Positions 1 through 9,893 of a DNA stretch of 64,000 nt are shown here, piece by piece. Source of the stretch: Nanobdellota archaeon (GTDB lineage: Archaea > Nanobdellota > Nanobdellia > Parvarchaeales > Parvarchaeaceae); NCBI GenBank assembly GCA_021799085.1, contig JAJZBD010000006.1, forward strand, positions 13,477-77,476. The letters are read 5' to 3'. Under the pieces are notes generated by a model. The model was not told where the DNA came from, did no database searches, and saw only the letters and a list, made by a program, of their open reading frames with translations. How positions within the stretch are numbered: the first letter of the stretch is position 1; every line of letters begins with the position of its first letter. The translations under genes and the position numbers were made by a program.

Positions 1-167
1 TAGTACTCTCCTGCAGGTATGGAGGGCGTAGACACACTTGTGTTGTTTATCCCAAGAAGCTTATACGCTACTGGTGCTGGGACAAGAAGCAGATAGATTA
101 CTATCGAACCTATAAGTATAAGCATCAACACTACAACAGCGGGAATCCTTTCCCTTTCCACTGCCAT
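1..167 (-). CDS. Partial CDS running off the window start; N-terminally anchored membrane or secreted protein
   Basis: Read by hand: ATG at 167 gives MAVERERIPAVVVLMLILIGSIVIYLLLVPAPVAYKLLGINNTS..., open to position 1; AT-rich TATA-like stretch at ~185-200. Confidence 0.7.
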   Translation of the reverse strand, partial: MAVERERIPAVVVLMLILIGSIVIYLLLVPAPVAYKLLGINNTSVSTPSIPAGEY

Positions 168-229
168 GAAATCTTTACTACGTTATAATATATAAATATT
201 TCTAGTCTGGCAAAAGTGGCTTTTATCGG

Positions 230-505
230 TCAAAAAGTGAAATACTCCCTTAAAGCGGCAGGTACTTCAAAGAAACCCGCTTTGAGTCCGGCATCGATGT
301 AGGCCCAGCTTATAACTACCGCTTCAAACGCGCGCACATAATCTTTCTTCTCAACAAAAAACTTGCTGTCGCTGAAATAATTTGATGACATGTCAAAAAA
401 CTCGGAAGAAAGCTTATTTTCACTGTCCTTTAATGACAAAGAATGAAAAACCCTCTCCATCATACTTATCTCTTTCTCTGTCCTCTCCTTTAAATCCTCA
501 TCCAT
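230..505 (-). CDS. DUF357-family small helical protein
   Basis: YFSDSKFF...DYVRAFEAVVISWAYIDAG resembles the archaeal DUF357 signature; overlaps the FEN1 stop. Confidence 0.75.
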   Translation of the reverse strand: MDEDLKERTEKEISMMERVFHSLSLKDSENKLSSEFFDMSSNYFSDSKFFVEKKDYVRAFEAVVISWAYIDAGLKAGFFEVPAALREYFTF

Positions 506-1496
506 AAAAAGAAAGTGAATTGTCTTCTGTTTTTACCTTTTCCAGGTATTGGTTTACCCTTTCCTTTGAAAAACTGTGCTCATCGCACAGAAATTTTACC
601 AGCTTTTCTCTTTCTATTTTACCTAGGTTTAAATCCTCAGTGACGTCAACTATATTTGGAGAAATAAAGTATTCATAGATTTCATTTATATCATAATCTG
701 TTCTGAAATCATATTCATTAAAAAGATCGCTCCTGCTCTTTTCTTTAACTAATTTAAGCGCTTTTTTTGGGCCTATTCCATCAACGCCTTTGTTGTAATC
801 TGTGCCTACAAAAAGAGAAAGAATTATGAGCTGTTCCCTGCTTATACCAAGTTTGCTTAAATTATAACTTGCGTCTATTATTTCGGGGGAAACCCCAGTC
901 ATTATTCCCTTCCCGCTTACTTTTCGCTTGTTTGTTATGTTTAGGTTTCTAACCACCTTCTTTGCGCCGAAAAGCAAGGTGTCATAGTCCTGAGAAGCGG
1001 CCGCAAACACCCTGCCTTGCTGACTTAAAACTGCAGCTTGTGCTTCTCCTTCTGCCGGTGCCTGTACATAAGGTATGCCAAGATAACGAAGAAGCTCCTT
1101 CGAAGAGTCTATTATGTAATCGTCTATCCTTGCAAGCCTGCGCATATACATCGCTTTTTCCTCTTGAGTAGAAGCATGCTCCATCTTTTCCATTGCCTCT
1201 TCCTTTGTTTTCTCCCGTTCCTGCAGGGTTTCCTTCTTGAACTTGGGCGCTTTTCCGTCAAATACAAAAACAGGTTTTATCCTGTTTTCTAGAAGCGAAA
1301 CTGAACGGTAAAACAGGCCGTTTAAATGCGTTGTCACTCTTCCCTTTGAATCAGTAAGATAAGAGCCATCTGCCAATCTTATAGTGGTTAGAAACTGAAA
1401 TATCCAATTAAAGGCATCTATTGCTATTGCCTTGCCGGAAAGCTCCGCCATCTTTATTTTTTTTGATTCAAATAAACCGTTTAACTTAACGCCCAT
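498..1496 (-). CDS. fen: Flap endonuclease 1
   Basis: MGV start (1496 preferred over 1520), IAIDAFNWIFQFL, VFVFDG, EGEAQAA, SQDYDTLLFG, GTDYN, GIGPKKA. Confidence 0.97.
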   Translation of the reverse strand: MGVKLNGLFESKKIKMAELSGKAIAIDAFNWIFQFLTTIRLADGSYLTDSKGRVTTHLNGLFYRSVSLLENRIKPVFVFDGKAPKFKKETLQEREKTKEEAMEKMEHASTQEEKAMYMRRLARIDDYIIDSSKELLRYLGIPYVQAPAEGEAQAAVLSQQGRVFAAASQDYDTLLFGAKKVVRNLNITNKRKVSGKGIMTGVSPEIIDASYNLSKLGISREQLIILSLFVGTDYNKGVDGIGPKKALKLVKEKSRSDLFNEYDFRTDYDINEIYEYFISPNIVDVTEDLNLGKIEREKLVKFLCDEHSFSKERVNQYLEKVKTEDNSLSFYG

Positions 1497-1538
1497 TATT
1501 TTACTAGGACTTGCAATCATTAATGCTTTTTTGCTTTA

Positions 1539-2429
1539 TTACAAAGTTGTTACTATAACTTTACCGTCATCAAAAAGAAATGAATGCTCAAACTGGGATA
1601 CTAAACCGTTGTCCCTCTCCTTCAAAACATTAAATTCATGCAGTGACCCTGCTGCAACAAGATTTCTTATTTCTATCTCCGCCAATCTCCCGAATTTATT
1701 TATTATCCACCTTTTTGCGAATGGCAGTTCATTGTATTCCTCTGCAATGTATTTTAAGATCTCCCTGCCAAGCGTGCTTCTTACATTTTTATTGGCAACC
1801 AACTGGTAAATCTGAACCTCCGCGCTATCTATGACATAGCCCCCGCCATTTGTAGCAAAAGGCTCCACTGCAACAACCCCTTCCTTTCTTAAAAAAGACC
1901 CTGAATAATTCTTTGAATTGGAGATAAATTCTCCTTCATGTAGACTGTATCTTCCGATTCCGTGCCCTCCAAGATTGACTATTGGAGAAAAACCGAAACT
2001 GCGTATCTTATCATCTATTACTGTGCTTATTTCACTTACAGATATCCCTGGCTTCATTATCTCAATTACTGCATCCAGCGCTTCTTTGGTGGCACTGACA
2101 AGCTTGTTTCCTTCTTCTCCCACAGCAACAGAAGCTGCTGTATCCGAAAGATAGCCATCGACGCTTGCCCCTACATCAACCTTAACTATATCCCCTTTTT
2201 TAAGCTCGGTTTTATCATCATACTTCGGAGTGTAATGCGCTGCAATCTGGTTTATAGAGATATTTGGTGGGAAAGAAGGTTTTGCTCCTCTTTCAATTGT
2301 TCTCTTTTCTATGGCTTCTGCAATGTCAAGAAGCTTTGCTCCTGGCACGCACAAAGAAACGCCAAGCTCCCTTATCTCCTTGCCTATCTTGCCTGCTAAC
2401 AGCCATTTTTCCCTTTCTTCGCTTTCCAT
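1539..2429 (-). CDS. map: Methionine aminopeptidase type II
   Basis: AAHYTP, KVDVGASVDGYLSDTA, GHGIGRYSLH, AVEPFAT, SQFEHS metal-binding motifs. Confidence 0.96.
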   Translation of the reverse strand: MESEEREKWLLAGKIGKEIRELGVSLCVPGAKLLDIAEAIEKRTIERGAKPSFPPNISINQIAAHYTPKYDDKTELKKGDIVKVDVGASVDGYLSDTAASVAVGEEGNKLVSATKEALDAVIEIMKPGISVSEISTVIDDKIRSFGFSPIVNLGGHGIGRYSLHEGEFISNSKNYSGSFLRKEGVVAVEPFATNGGGYVIDSAEVQIYQLVANKNVRSTLGREILKYIAEEYNELPFAKRWIINKFGRLAEIEIRNLVAAGSLHEFNVLKERDNGLVSQFEHSFLFDDGKVIVTTL

Positions 2430-2435
2430 TAAGGT

Positions 2436-2987
2436 CTAATCCAATTCTGCTTCTTCGTCTATGAAGCTTCTTATCTTATCCAAGAAGTTTTTGCTTATTC
2501 CATTGTTTTCTATCACTATGAAAACAAGTTTGCTTTTTCTTTCTCTTGCTACGGATGAAGTGAAATGTATGAACCTAAGTATCTCGTTCTCTGAATTGTA
2601 TATAAGAAATGAGGTTATGGAATCTATAACTACAAACGTTTCCCCTTCCTTTTTAAGCAATCCTTCCAGAGTTATGCTTATCTCCGTTAAATCCCCAGGT
2701 GATTTTATGAATATGCATTTGTTATTGGAAACGCTGTCTTGGATTATCGGAGCCGTCACGGAGTCTATGATGAAGTAATCATTTACATTTGCCAACTCAA
2801 GCTTTTCTTCTATGGACTTGAATGGAAGGCCTGAAGTAACGTAAATTAGCTTAAAGCCCTTGTTTTTTATCCTTGAAAGAAGTTCTATTGCCGCTTCATC
2901 CAGTTTGTACCGCTCTTTTACGAAAAGCATGCCTACCCCGTCGTCTGTAATCTTTTCTATAAAATCATTATTAAACTTGTTTTCCAT
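2436..2987 (-). CDS. KaiC/RecA-fold protein lacking Walker A (inactive ATPase-like)
   Basis: IYVT, FIIDSVT, SPGDLTEISI and Walker B-like VVIDSITSFLIYN; no GxxxxGKT/S. Confidence 0.65.
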   Translation of the reverse strand: MENKFNNDFIEKITDDGVGMLFVKERYKLDEAAIELLSRIKNKGFKLIYVTSGLPFKSIEEKLELANVNDYFIIDSVTAPIIQDSVSNNKCIFIKSPGDLTEISITLEGLLKKEGETFVVIDSITSFLIYNSENEILRFIHFTSSVARERKSKLVFIVIENNGISKNFLDKIRSFIDEEAELD

Positions 2988-3040
2988 TTAATTTCACGTA
3001 GGTATACAATAACAAATCATAATATTAATAGTATTATCCT

Positions 3041-5359
3041 TTATAAAAACCCTTCAAGTGAATTATCTTTCTTGCCTAGAACGTCTTCTTCGGAATAACC
3101 TATAACTTCTAGTATCTGCAGAACAGAAGGCAAAACCTGTTTATATATATAGTAATCTGGATCGTATTTTATGCCATTCTTTCTCGCAATGTCATAAAGC
3201 ACTGCCTTTTCAGACACGGTTTCATTGCTTTTACCTTTTGCTATTATGTACTTTATAGTGTCTCCGCTTACGAATTTCATCCCACTTTTCTCAACTGCAG
3301 AGATATGCCTGTTTGTCTGCTGGTAAGAAGAAGGGTCTTTCCTCAGCCTTGTAAGAATGACTAGTTCCTCCAAATCTGCTTTTCCAAGCCTTATTCTCTC
3401 TATTGTGTTTTTTACGGTTGAAAGCGCAGATTCTTTGTCATTTTCCAAGAGAATTTTTTTAAGTACTTCTTTCTGTAAATTTTTTGCTATTACCGCCCAG
3501 TCTCTTCTAACAGACTGAAAACCCTTTATTGTTAAATTTCCATCGAAATCAGACATTGCATATTTTTTCTTTGCGCCTATTCCTCCCTTTGAACTTACAA
3601 ATATTGCACGCGCATAGAATCCTTGCAGCTCCAATTCCATCGGTTTGGGAAGCTTACTGTTTATATCTACTATAAAGTCATTTACTGCCTGTTTTTTGTC
3701 GCCGAACTGAAGAAAGGCAGAATCTGTGTCTGCATACAGCACTTTAAATTTATATGAAGAGGCAGTGGAGATTACTTCCTGTACGTACTTTCTTCCTAAA
3801 GAGGTTGTTGCGCCAGCGCAGTCAAAACAGTACCACCTTGAATTGTAATAACCAAGGTAGCCATAAAACCCATTTGCTATCAGTTTTAAAACCAATACCC
3901 TTGCATTAAGCTGTTTATTGTCCTTGTCGATTTTAAGCCGATCCTTTGCCTCAAATCTGAGTCTTATTACTTCATCTAAAACAGAGGGTATCAAACCTAC
4001 TTTTTTCTCCTTCGGTAAAAATGTCCTTTCTCCGTTATTGTACTGTATAGTAGACGGGCAAATATTGTGTGATACGATTATGCTTGGATAAAGGCTGCGG
4101 AAGTCAACTACCGCAATATTTTCATAAAGCCCTGCAGTTGGCTGGAAAACAAACGCACCGACATTTATTTTCTTTATCCGGTCATTAACCTGAAAATCAG
4201 AGGGCTTGTTTGGTATCAGCTCGTTTTTTAGTATTGCTTTCTTCATTATGAGATTTTCCACTACAGAGCCGGTGGTCATCCTAGAAACATCTGCAAACGT
4301 CTGTCCAACCAGCTTATTGAGCTCGGATATCAACGGCAAAAGCGTGTCAAAAATAAGCAGTGTAACATTTGAATCCTGTATGCAGTAATTACAAAGTTCT
4401 GTTGCGAGCTTCCCGTCAGTGAAAACCTCATTTATTTTATCCCAGTCAAACTCTCCCTTTCTTTCCCCAGTCATTTCAGCGGCTACTTCCCTGAGAGTAA
4501 GAACCTCCGTTTTAAGGTTGTATATTGAGTAGATATTTCTTATAAAATTCAGTATGTCAACATGCGAAATTCCGGTTATCTCCGCTATTTTTCTCTTTTC
4601 CCCTTTAATCTTGAGTTCAAAACCGTTTATCATGAATTTTATCCCAAGTATCTTTGACCTCTCCGAAATGTAAGGCATGTCAAACGAATCGGAATTGTAC
4701 CCTATTATGACATTAAAATTGTTCGATGACAATAACTCAGAAAGCTTCAAAATCAGCTCTTTTTCATCCTTTACCTTTATAATGTCATTTCCTTCCGCAT
4801 TAAGCCATGTGATGCATTTTTTCAGTCCTGCACTTACCACAGAGACTGCAATTATTGGATCGGATTTTGCATTCGGAAAAGAGCGCTTTGAAAAAGTCTC
4901 TATGTCCAAAGCGGCCGCTTTCATTGGAAAATTGCCTATGCCTTCGTCTTTTATATTAATTAAGTAATCCCCCTCCGAATCTATGCTCAAGCGGTTAAAA
5001 GTCCCTATTCCTTTGTCAATAAGATATCTTTTGTAGAAGGGTATGTCTGCTTCATATGTGGGGAAACTAAGCTGCTTTATCTTCGGCACGTCCTCCGGTA
5101 ATCTAGTAAAGACCTGCAGCAGTTTTTTCTTTTCTCCAAGCCGGTATTTTTCAACTTCATTGAAAGAATCTATGAAAGACAAACCTCCGATTGTTTTTTT
5201 GAATTCTTCCTTGCCTGCGTCTACATAACAATAAGGCTTGAAGTTTCTATCATAGAATATTCTCCTTTCCAGTTTTTCATCCACGCAGAAAAGCCTTATC
5301 ACTGGTAAGTTGTCTATAACTGTATAATCTGCGTCTACAAGAAAATATGTTCCTGTCAT
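3041..5359 (-). CDS. polB: Family B DNA polymerase with 3'-5' exonuclease
   Basis: Exo motifs DIET, YNSDSFD, YCIQD; polymerase motifs DFRSLYPSII, KLIANGFYGY, YADTDS, KKKY; no intein. Confidence 0.97.
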   Translation of the reverse strand: MTGTYFLVDADYTVIDNLPVIRLFCVDEKLERRIFYDRNFKPYCYVDAGKEEFKKTIGGLSFIDSFNEVEKYRLGEKKKLLQVFTRLPEDVPKIKQLSFPTYEADIPFYKRYLIDKGIGTFNRLSIDSEGDYLINIKDEGIGNFPMKAAALDIETFSKRSFPNAKSDPIIAVSVVSAGLKKCITWLNAEGNDIIKVKDEKELILKLSELLSSNNFNVIIGYNSDSFDMPYISERSKILGIKFMINGFELKIKGEKRKIAEITGISHVDILNFIRNIYSIYNLKTEVLTLREVAAEMTGERKGEFDWDKINEVFTDGKLATELCNYCIQDSNVTLLIFDTLLPLISELNKLVGQTFADVSRMTTGSVVENLIMKKAILKNELIPNKPSDFQVNDRIKKINVGAFVFQPTAGLYENIAVVDFRSLYPSIIVSHNICPSTIQYNNGERTFLPKEKKVGLIPSVLDEVIRLRFEAKDRLKIDKDNKQLNARVLVLKLIANGFYGYLGYYNSRWYCFDCAGATTSLGRKYVQEVISTASSYKFKVLYADTDSAFLQFGDKKQAVNDFIVDINSKLPKPMELELQGFYARAIFVSSKGGIGAKKKYAMSDFDGNLTIKGFQSVRRDWAVIAKNLQKEVLKKILLENDKESALSTVKNTIERIRLGKADLEELVILTRLRKDPSSYQQTNRHISAVEKSGMKFVSGDTIKYIIAKGKSNETVSEKAVLYDIARKNGIKYDPDYYIYKQVLPSVLQILEVIGYSEEDVLGKKDNSLEGFL

Positions 5360-5399
5360 ATAATATAAATTATAGCAGACGTGTGTAAAAAAGGTTAAC

Positions 5400-7154
5400 T
5401 TATTTCGTAGTTACTGCCTTTGCAAGATTTCTGGGGTGATCCGGATCTATATGCTTTGATAGAGAAACGTAGTATGAAAGAAGCTGTGATATTATCACTT
5501 GTGGAACAAAGCTGAATATCCCCGCAGGCTGTGATCTTATAAGAAAATCAAATACGTCAAGCTTCTCATTTGCTATTCCGATTATTTTTCCGTTCCTTGC
5601 CTTTATTTCTTTAAGATTGTTTATTTCCCTGTCTTTGAACCGGTCAGACACCAATGCCACGGAGTATGTTCCCTTTGATATCAGTGCAAGCGGACCGTGT
5701 TTAAATGTTGCTGAATCTATAGCTTCTGCATGTATGTATGTTATCTCTTTCATTTTTAGTGCAGCCTCCATAGCTGAGATATAGTCAGTTCCCCTGCCAA
5801 GGAAAAACAGGTTCTTTTCTCCTTTTATCGCAGATGCTGCTTCTTTTATTGCATTGTAAACAGATGGCACAAAAAGATTATAGAGATTTATGTTCAAAAG
5901 GTTAAGATCATTCAATCCTTCTTTTTCTTCTCCTTCCGAAAACATTGCTATCAAGCAGGAAAGTATCGCTGACATCGTGAATGTTTTTGTAGCTGCTACT
6001 CCCTTTTCATGGCCAGCATTTATGTTTATGAAGTAATCAACTGAATTTGCAAGTGAAGAACCTTCTGTATTTATTATGCCTATTTTCTTATTTTCCTTTA
6101 TTATCGGCAGGGATTCTATTATGTCCATTGTTTCCCCGCTCTGCGATATTATTATAAAAATGTCCTCTTTCCCAATTGTTTTTGAATAGTTTAACAGGTC
6201 CTGTGGCTGAACGGCAATTGCCTCCCTCCCAAGGTCCCTAAAAAGGCTGGCGGCAAGAAGCGCAACGTGAAATGAAGACCCAGATCCGACAAGAAACACC
6301 TTCTTAGACAATGAAACCGCTGATGCTGCGCTTTTGAGGTATGAAAGATCAGAGTTGACAAGCTTTGAAACCAGCGTCTGCTGCTCCATTATCTCCTTGA
6401 GCATGAAATGCCTATATTTTCCCTTGTCCACGTCTGAAATCGAAAAATTTACTTCTCTTACTTTGTGTTTGCCAAAGTTATTAGACTTTAGAACCTTGAA
6501 ACCAGATTTCCCTACGGAGATCACATCCCCATCAAAAAGATACACTACTTTATTTGTGTGCTTAAGAAAGGACGGCACGTCACTTGCAACAAATACGCCG
6601 TTTTCCTTAACGCCCAAAACAAGCGGAGAACCGTTTTTCACTGCAATGATATTATCAGTTAAAGAGTTCATAACAACAAATGAAGAAAAGCCCTTTATCT
6701 TTTCCGATGTCGAAATAACCGCATCCTCAAAACTCTTTCCGTTTTTCATTTCTTCTTCTATCAAATGCGGAAGGACCTCTGTGTCCGTATCAGAAGAAAA
6801 TGTGTGATTTTTCAAACTATCTTTAAGTTCCTGAAAATTCTCTATTATACCATTGTGAACGACTGCTATTTTTCCGCTGCAATCCAGCAATGGATGCGAA
6901 TTTGCCTTCGTAACACCGCCATGCGTGGCCCATCTTGTATGCGCTATGCTTTTATTTGAAATTTCACTGCTTATTCCATAAGTTTCTATAATCTTATTTA
7001 TCCTGCCAGTGTCCTTTCTTACTTCTATATTGTTGTCTTTGCCTTCAAAGGCGCATCCGAAACTGTCATATCCCCTATACTCTAAGTTCTTTATACCCTC
7101 CAAAACAAGAGGGATAGAATTCTCATTTCCGTTATAACCTATGATACCGCACAT
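5400..7154 (-). CDS. glmS: Glutamine--fructose-6-phosphate aminotransferase
   Basis: N-terminal MCGIIG, LEYRGYDS, HTRWATHG, SQSGET, C-terminal PRNLAKAVT. Confidence 0.98.
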   Translation of the reverse strand: MCGIIGYNGNENSIPLVLEGIKNLEYRGYDSFGCAFEGKDNNIEVRKDTGRINKIIETYGISSEISNKSIAHTRWATHGGVTKANSHPLLDCSGKIAVVHNGIIENFQELKDSLKNHTFSSDTDTEVLPHLIEEEMKNGKSFEDAVISTSEKIKGFSSFVVMNSLTDNIIAVKNGSPLVLGVKENGVFVASDVPSFLKHTNKVVYLFDGDVISVGKSGFKVLKSNNFGKHKVREVNFSISDVDKGKYRHFMLKEIMEQQTLVSKLVNSDLSYLKSAASAVSLSKKVFLVGSGSSFHVALLAASLFRDLGREAIAVQPQDLLNYSKTIGKEDIFIIISQSGETMDIIESLPIIKENKKIGIINTEGSSLANSVDYFININAGHEKGVAATKTFTMSAILSCLIAMFSEGEEKEGLNDLNLLNINLYNLFVPSVYNAIKEAASAIKGEKNLFFLGRGTDYISAMEAALKMKEITYIHAEAIDSATFKHGPLALISKGTYSVALVSDRFKDREINNLKEIKARNGKIIGIANEKLDVFDFLIRSQPAGIFSFVPQVIISQLLSYYVSLSKHIDPDHPRNLAKAVTTK

Positions 7155-7284
7155 AAAAGTAGTCTAAGCTTTTGTAAGAAGGAAACTTATATTTAAAGCT
7201 TTTATAACTCAAACATTCAAACGGAAAAGAGTTAAATACTTAAATCAATGTAGTTATAGAAAGTAAGGGAAATGAGGTTTTACT

Positions 7285-8205
7285 ATGAAAAGCTATATTC
7301 TTAAAAACGACGGAGAAGGATACTTTGTAAATGACACTAAGATAATTGAAAACATAAATGACATTAAGCCGATAGCCGACGAAAAGGCCATTTCAATAAT
7401 GAAGAAAGTATCAAAAAAACCCTATAGTTCATCGGCATTGGCAAAGGAATTAAAGTTTGACAAGAAAACCGCTGCATTCTACATTGGAAAACTTGAAAAA
7501 GCAGGGTTGATAAGCATAGAGCCGCAGAAGGCTGGAGATATAATAAAAGCTGCATATAACTCATTTTCATATGAAATAAATGACAATAAGATAAAATTTG
7601 ATCCCAAGATGAAAACAAAGGAAAACCAGTATGCACTTAACTTTTTCAGCAAATTCATAAACAATGGAAAGTTTGACGGATACATATGCGTTGGAGCATC
7701 AGATCCGCATGGAGAATACAAGGCAGTAGCAAGAGATTCGCACTACACTGCATATCTAGGCATGTTCTTTGGTCAGTTCATAGATTTGCCGCAGACAATG
7801 CCTATAATACTCGACACAGACGTTATATCCAAGAACCTTTTCAAAAAGAACCTTATAGTTATTGGTGGACCAGTTACAAATCTGGTAACAAGAGACATAA
7901 ACAATTTTCTCCCCATAAAATTCATAAAGGAAGAAGGATGGGGGTTGAAGGACAGAAACGGAATACACATAAGGGATTATGAAGGAACGATAGAAAAGAT
8001 AAAGAACCCGTTTGACAAGGATAAAGACATAATACTTATAGGCGGGATTAGAAACGTGGGAACACTATCGGCAATGCTTGCCGCAACAAGATTTTCAGGT
8101 ATAACCTTCAAAGGGTACAACGGAGAAGTGCCTTGGAGCCTCATGGTAAGAGGATACGACATAGACGGGGACGGACAGATAGACTCCATAGAAACTGTAA
8201 AATGA
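7285..8205 (+). CDS. ArsR-like wHTH regulator fused to an S-layer-type alpha/beta domain
   Basis: HTH: SSSALAKELKFDKKTAAFYIGKLEKAGLI; C-terminal part ICVG...ILDTD...NLIVIGGPVTN...IILIGG resembles S-layer terminal domains. Confidence 0.7.
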   Translation: MKSYILKNDGEGYFVNDTKIIENINDIKPIADEKAISIMKKVSKKPYSSSALAKELKFDKKTAAFYIGKLEKAGLISIEPQKAGDIIKAAYNSFSYEINDNKIKFDPKMKTKENQYALNFFSKFINNGKFDGYICVGASDPHGEYKAVARDSHYTAYLGMFFGQFIDLPQTMPIILDTDVISKNLFKKNLIVIGGPVTNLVTRDINNFLPIKFIKEEGWGLKDRNGIHIRDYEGTIEKIKNPFDKDKDIILIGGIRNVGTLSAMLAATRFSGITFKGYNGEVPWSLMVRGYDIDGDGQIDSIETVK

Positions 8206-8684
8206 ACCGTTATTTTGTAGCAGTAGAAATACCCGAAGAAACGAAAAAGGAAATAGCTTCATTCTTTTACCCCATACTTGCACAAAAAGTCACAGGAAAA
8301 TTTGTTTCTGTAGAGAAGCTGCATATCACCGTTCTATTTCTTGGAAACGTTGAAATCAAACCAGAACTTTTGGATTTTTTAAAAGGGCTTAAGTTCATGG
8401 AAGAACTAAAAGTCAAGGGTTTGGGGGCCTTTCCATCAATTCTAGACCCGAAAACGATATATGCAAAGGTGTATGGAAGCCTTAAAAATCAATTTGAAGG
8501 ACTAAGTTCCTTCTTAAAAATCGAAAGCAATAAAGAGTTTAGTCCCCACGTTACTTTGTGCAGAGCAAAGAAAATAATTGGAAGAATAGATGAAAAGGAA
8601 TTTGAAGCAAGGGAATTCAAGTTCGCTGCTGATTCGCTTCACCTTTTCAACAGCGACTTCGCAAACTACTATAAAGTTCTATAG
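8202..8684 (+). CDS. thpR: 2H phosphoesterase (RNA 2',3'-cyclic phosphodiesterase)
   Basis: Start MNRYFVAV at 8202 (ATGA overlap with upstream stop); two HxT motifs, LHITV and PHVTL. Confidence 0.9.
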   Translation: MNRYFVAVEIPEETKKEIASFFYPILAQKVTGKFVSVEKLHITVLFLGNVEIKPELLDFLKGLKFMEELKVKGLGAFPSILDPKTIYAKVYGSLKNQFEGLSSFLKIESNKEFSPHVTLCRAKKIIGRIDEKEFEAREFKFAADSLHLFNSDFANYYKVL

Positions 8685-8685
8685 A

Positions 8686-9255
8686 TTACTTTTTGCCAGG
8701 GGCCTGCCTTGTCAATGCAAAAACGGCTATCGTCATTGCCATCAAAGTAAGTATTGTAGTTAAAAACGACGGGCTAGTCAATATTGACATAATGTATGTT
8801 GAATTAAGATCTCCTGGAAAAGAAGATGTTGATGCTACCGTTGTATTGTTTGCGGTAGTTGAATTTACAACTCCTAAAACGCCGGGGTAATAGCTTGAAA
8901 CTGTTCCAAATGCAATCAATCCAAAGATAAACATTACGAAAATGACTAATGCAGGAACAAGCGAGCTCTTTTTTAAGTAGTCAATTATTGAGCTCTGTGG
9001 AACTAAAGCAGTGGAAAGTAGGAATATTACAAGGAAAATGAAGAACATTATGGTTAAAACATATGGTAAAAATGTTATCAAAAAGCTGACAAAGAAAGAA
9101 GACATTAAAGTGACTAAACCGATTGCAACGGCTATAAGCGCTGGGATGTCAGAACTTGAAAAGAACTTTGAACGGGCAAGTAGGCCGTATACTAAAGCAA
9201 AGACTAAGACAAATACTGCTAAATCATACAAACCAAAAGCCGGTAAATTTATCAT
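8686..9255 (-). CDS. Multi-pass membrane protein, paralog 3 of a tandem triad
   Basis: About 5 hydrophobic segments; FVLVFALVYGLLARSKFF...DIPALIAVAIG matches 9894..10457. Confidence 0.8.
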   Translation of the reverse strand: MINLPAFGLYDLAVFVLVFALVYGLLARSKFFSSSDIPALIAVAIGLVTLMSSFFVSFLITFLPYVLTIMFFIFLVIFLLSTALVPQSSIIDYLKKSSLVPALVIFVMFIFGLIAFGTVSSYYPGVLGVVNSTTANNTTVASTSSFPGDLNSTYIMSILTSPSFLTTILTLMAMTIAVFALTRQAPGKK

Positions 9256-9264
9256 TTTATCCTC

Positions 9265-9828
9265 CTAGGGGTTCTTGCTTGAACCGCCACCGCCACCGAA
9301 AGTAAATGCGATAACAAAAATGATTATTATCCCCAAGATCAAATATGCGAGATTCGGCCCTATCAATGAAGAACCAATGTTAGAAAGCTCACTGCCTACA
9401 CCTGAACTAGAGGGCACAAGCGCATTCGAAAATACGCCCCCGCCTAAAAAGAGTATTCCTATTGCTACGACGAAAAGCCATTTTGCGTTATTTCCCGTTA
9501 TGTCAAACTTAAGCAAGCTTGCGACTATAAGCATCGCCACTAGAATAAGGGCGGTAACTGCAAGAGTAGAAGACATGTAAATAAGTATCGGGCTTACCCA
9601 TGCAACCGTTACAGCGAAATAGGATATTATAAGTGCTATTAATCCCCTGGCCCCTTTGTTCTTATTGTCCGCAAAGTAGCTTACGTTCTTAAGGACCGTG
9701 CTTAAAATCGCTAATATAAGAAGAAAAGCGAGCCAGAACTCTATGGGGTTTGTAACGTTAGGAGGAGTTATAAGGCTCAATGCCTTATCAATCTGGGAAT
9801 AGAGAGACCCTGCTGCTGCAATTACCAT
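9265..9828 (-). CDS. Multi-pass membrane protein, paralog 2 of a tandem triad
   Basis: FLLILAILSTVLKNVSYF...GLIALIIS; about 5 TM segments; SD-like GGAGG at its end precedes the next gene. Confidence 0.75.
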   Translation of the reverse strand: MVIAAAGSLYSQIDKALSLITPPNVTNPIEFWLAFLLILAILSTVLKNVSYFADNKNKGARGLIALIISYFAVTVAWVSPILIYMSSTLAVTALILVAMLIVASLLKFDITGNNAKWLFVVAIGILFLGGGVFSNALVPSSSGVGSELSNIGSSLIGPNLAYLILGIIIIFVIAFTFGGGGGSSKNP

Positions 9829-9893
9829 GAATAATTATGGATACTTTTAGTATTTAAACTTTTCTTTAAATATATTCACTTATAAGTATTCAA

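Noticed and set aside
3041-5359. Intein, split gene or inactivated PolB
   Set aside because: Length is normal and all exonuclease and polymerase motifs are intact and contiguous.
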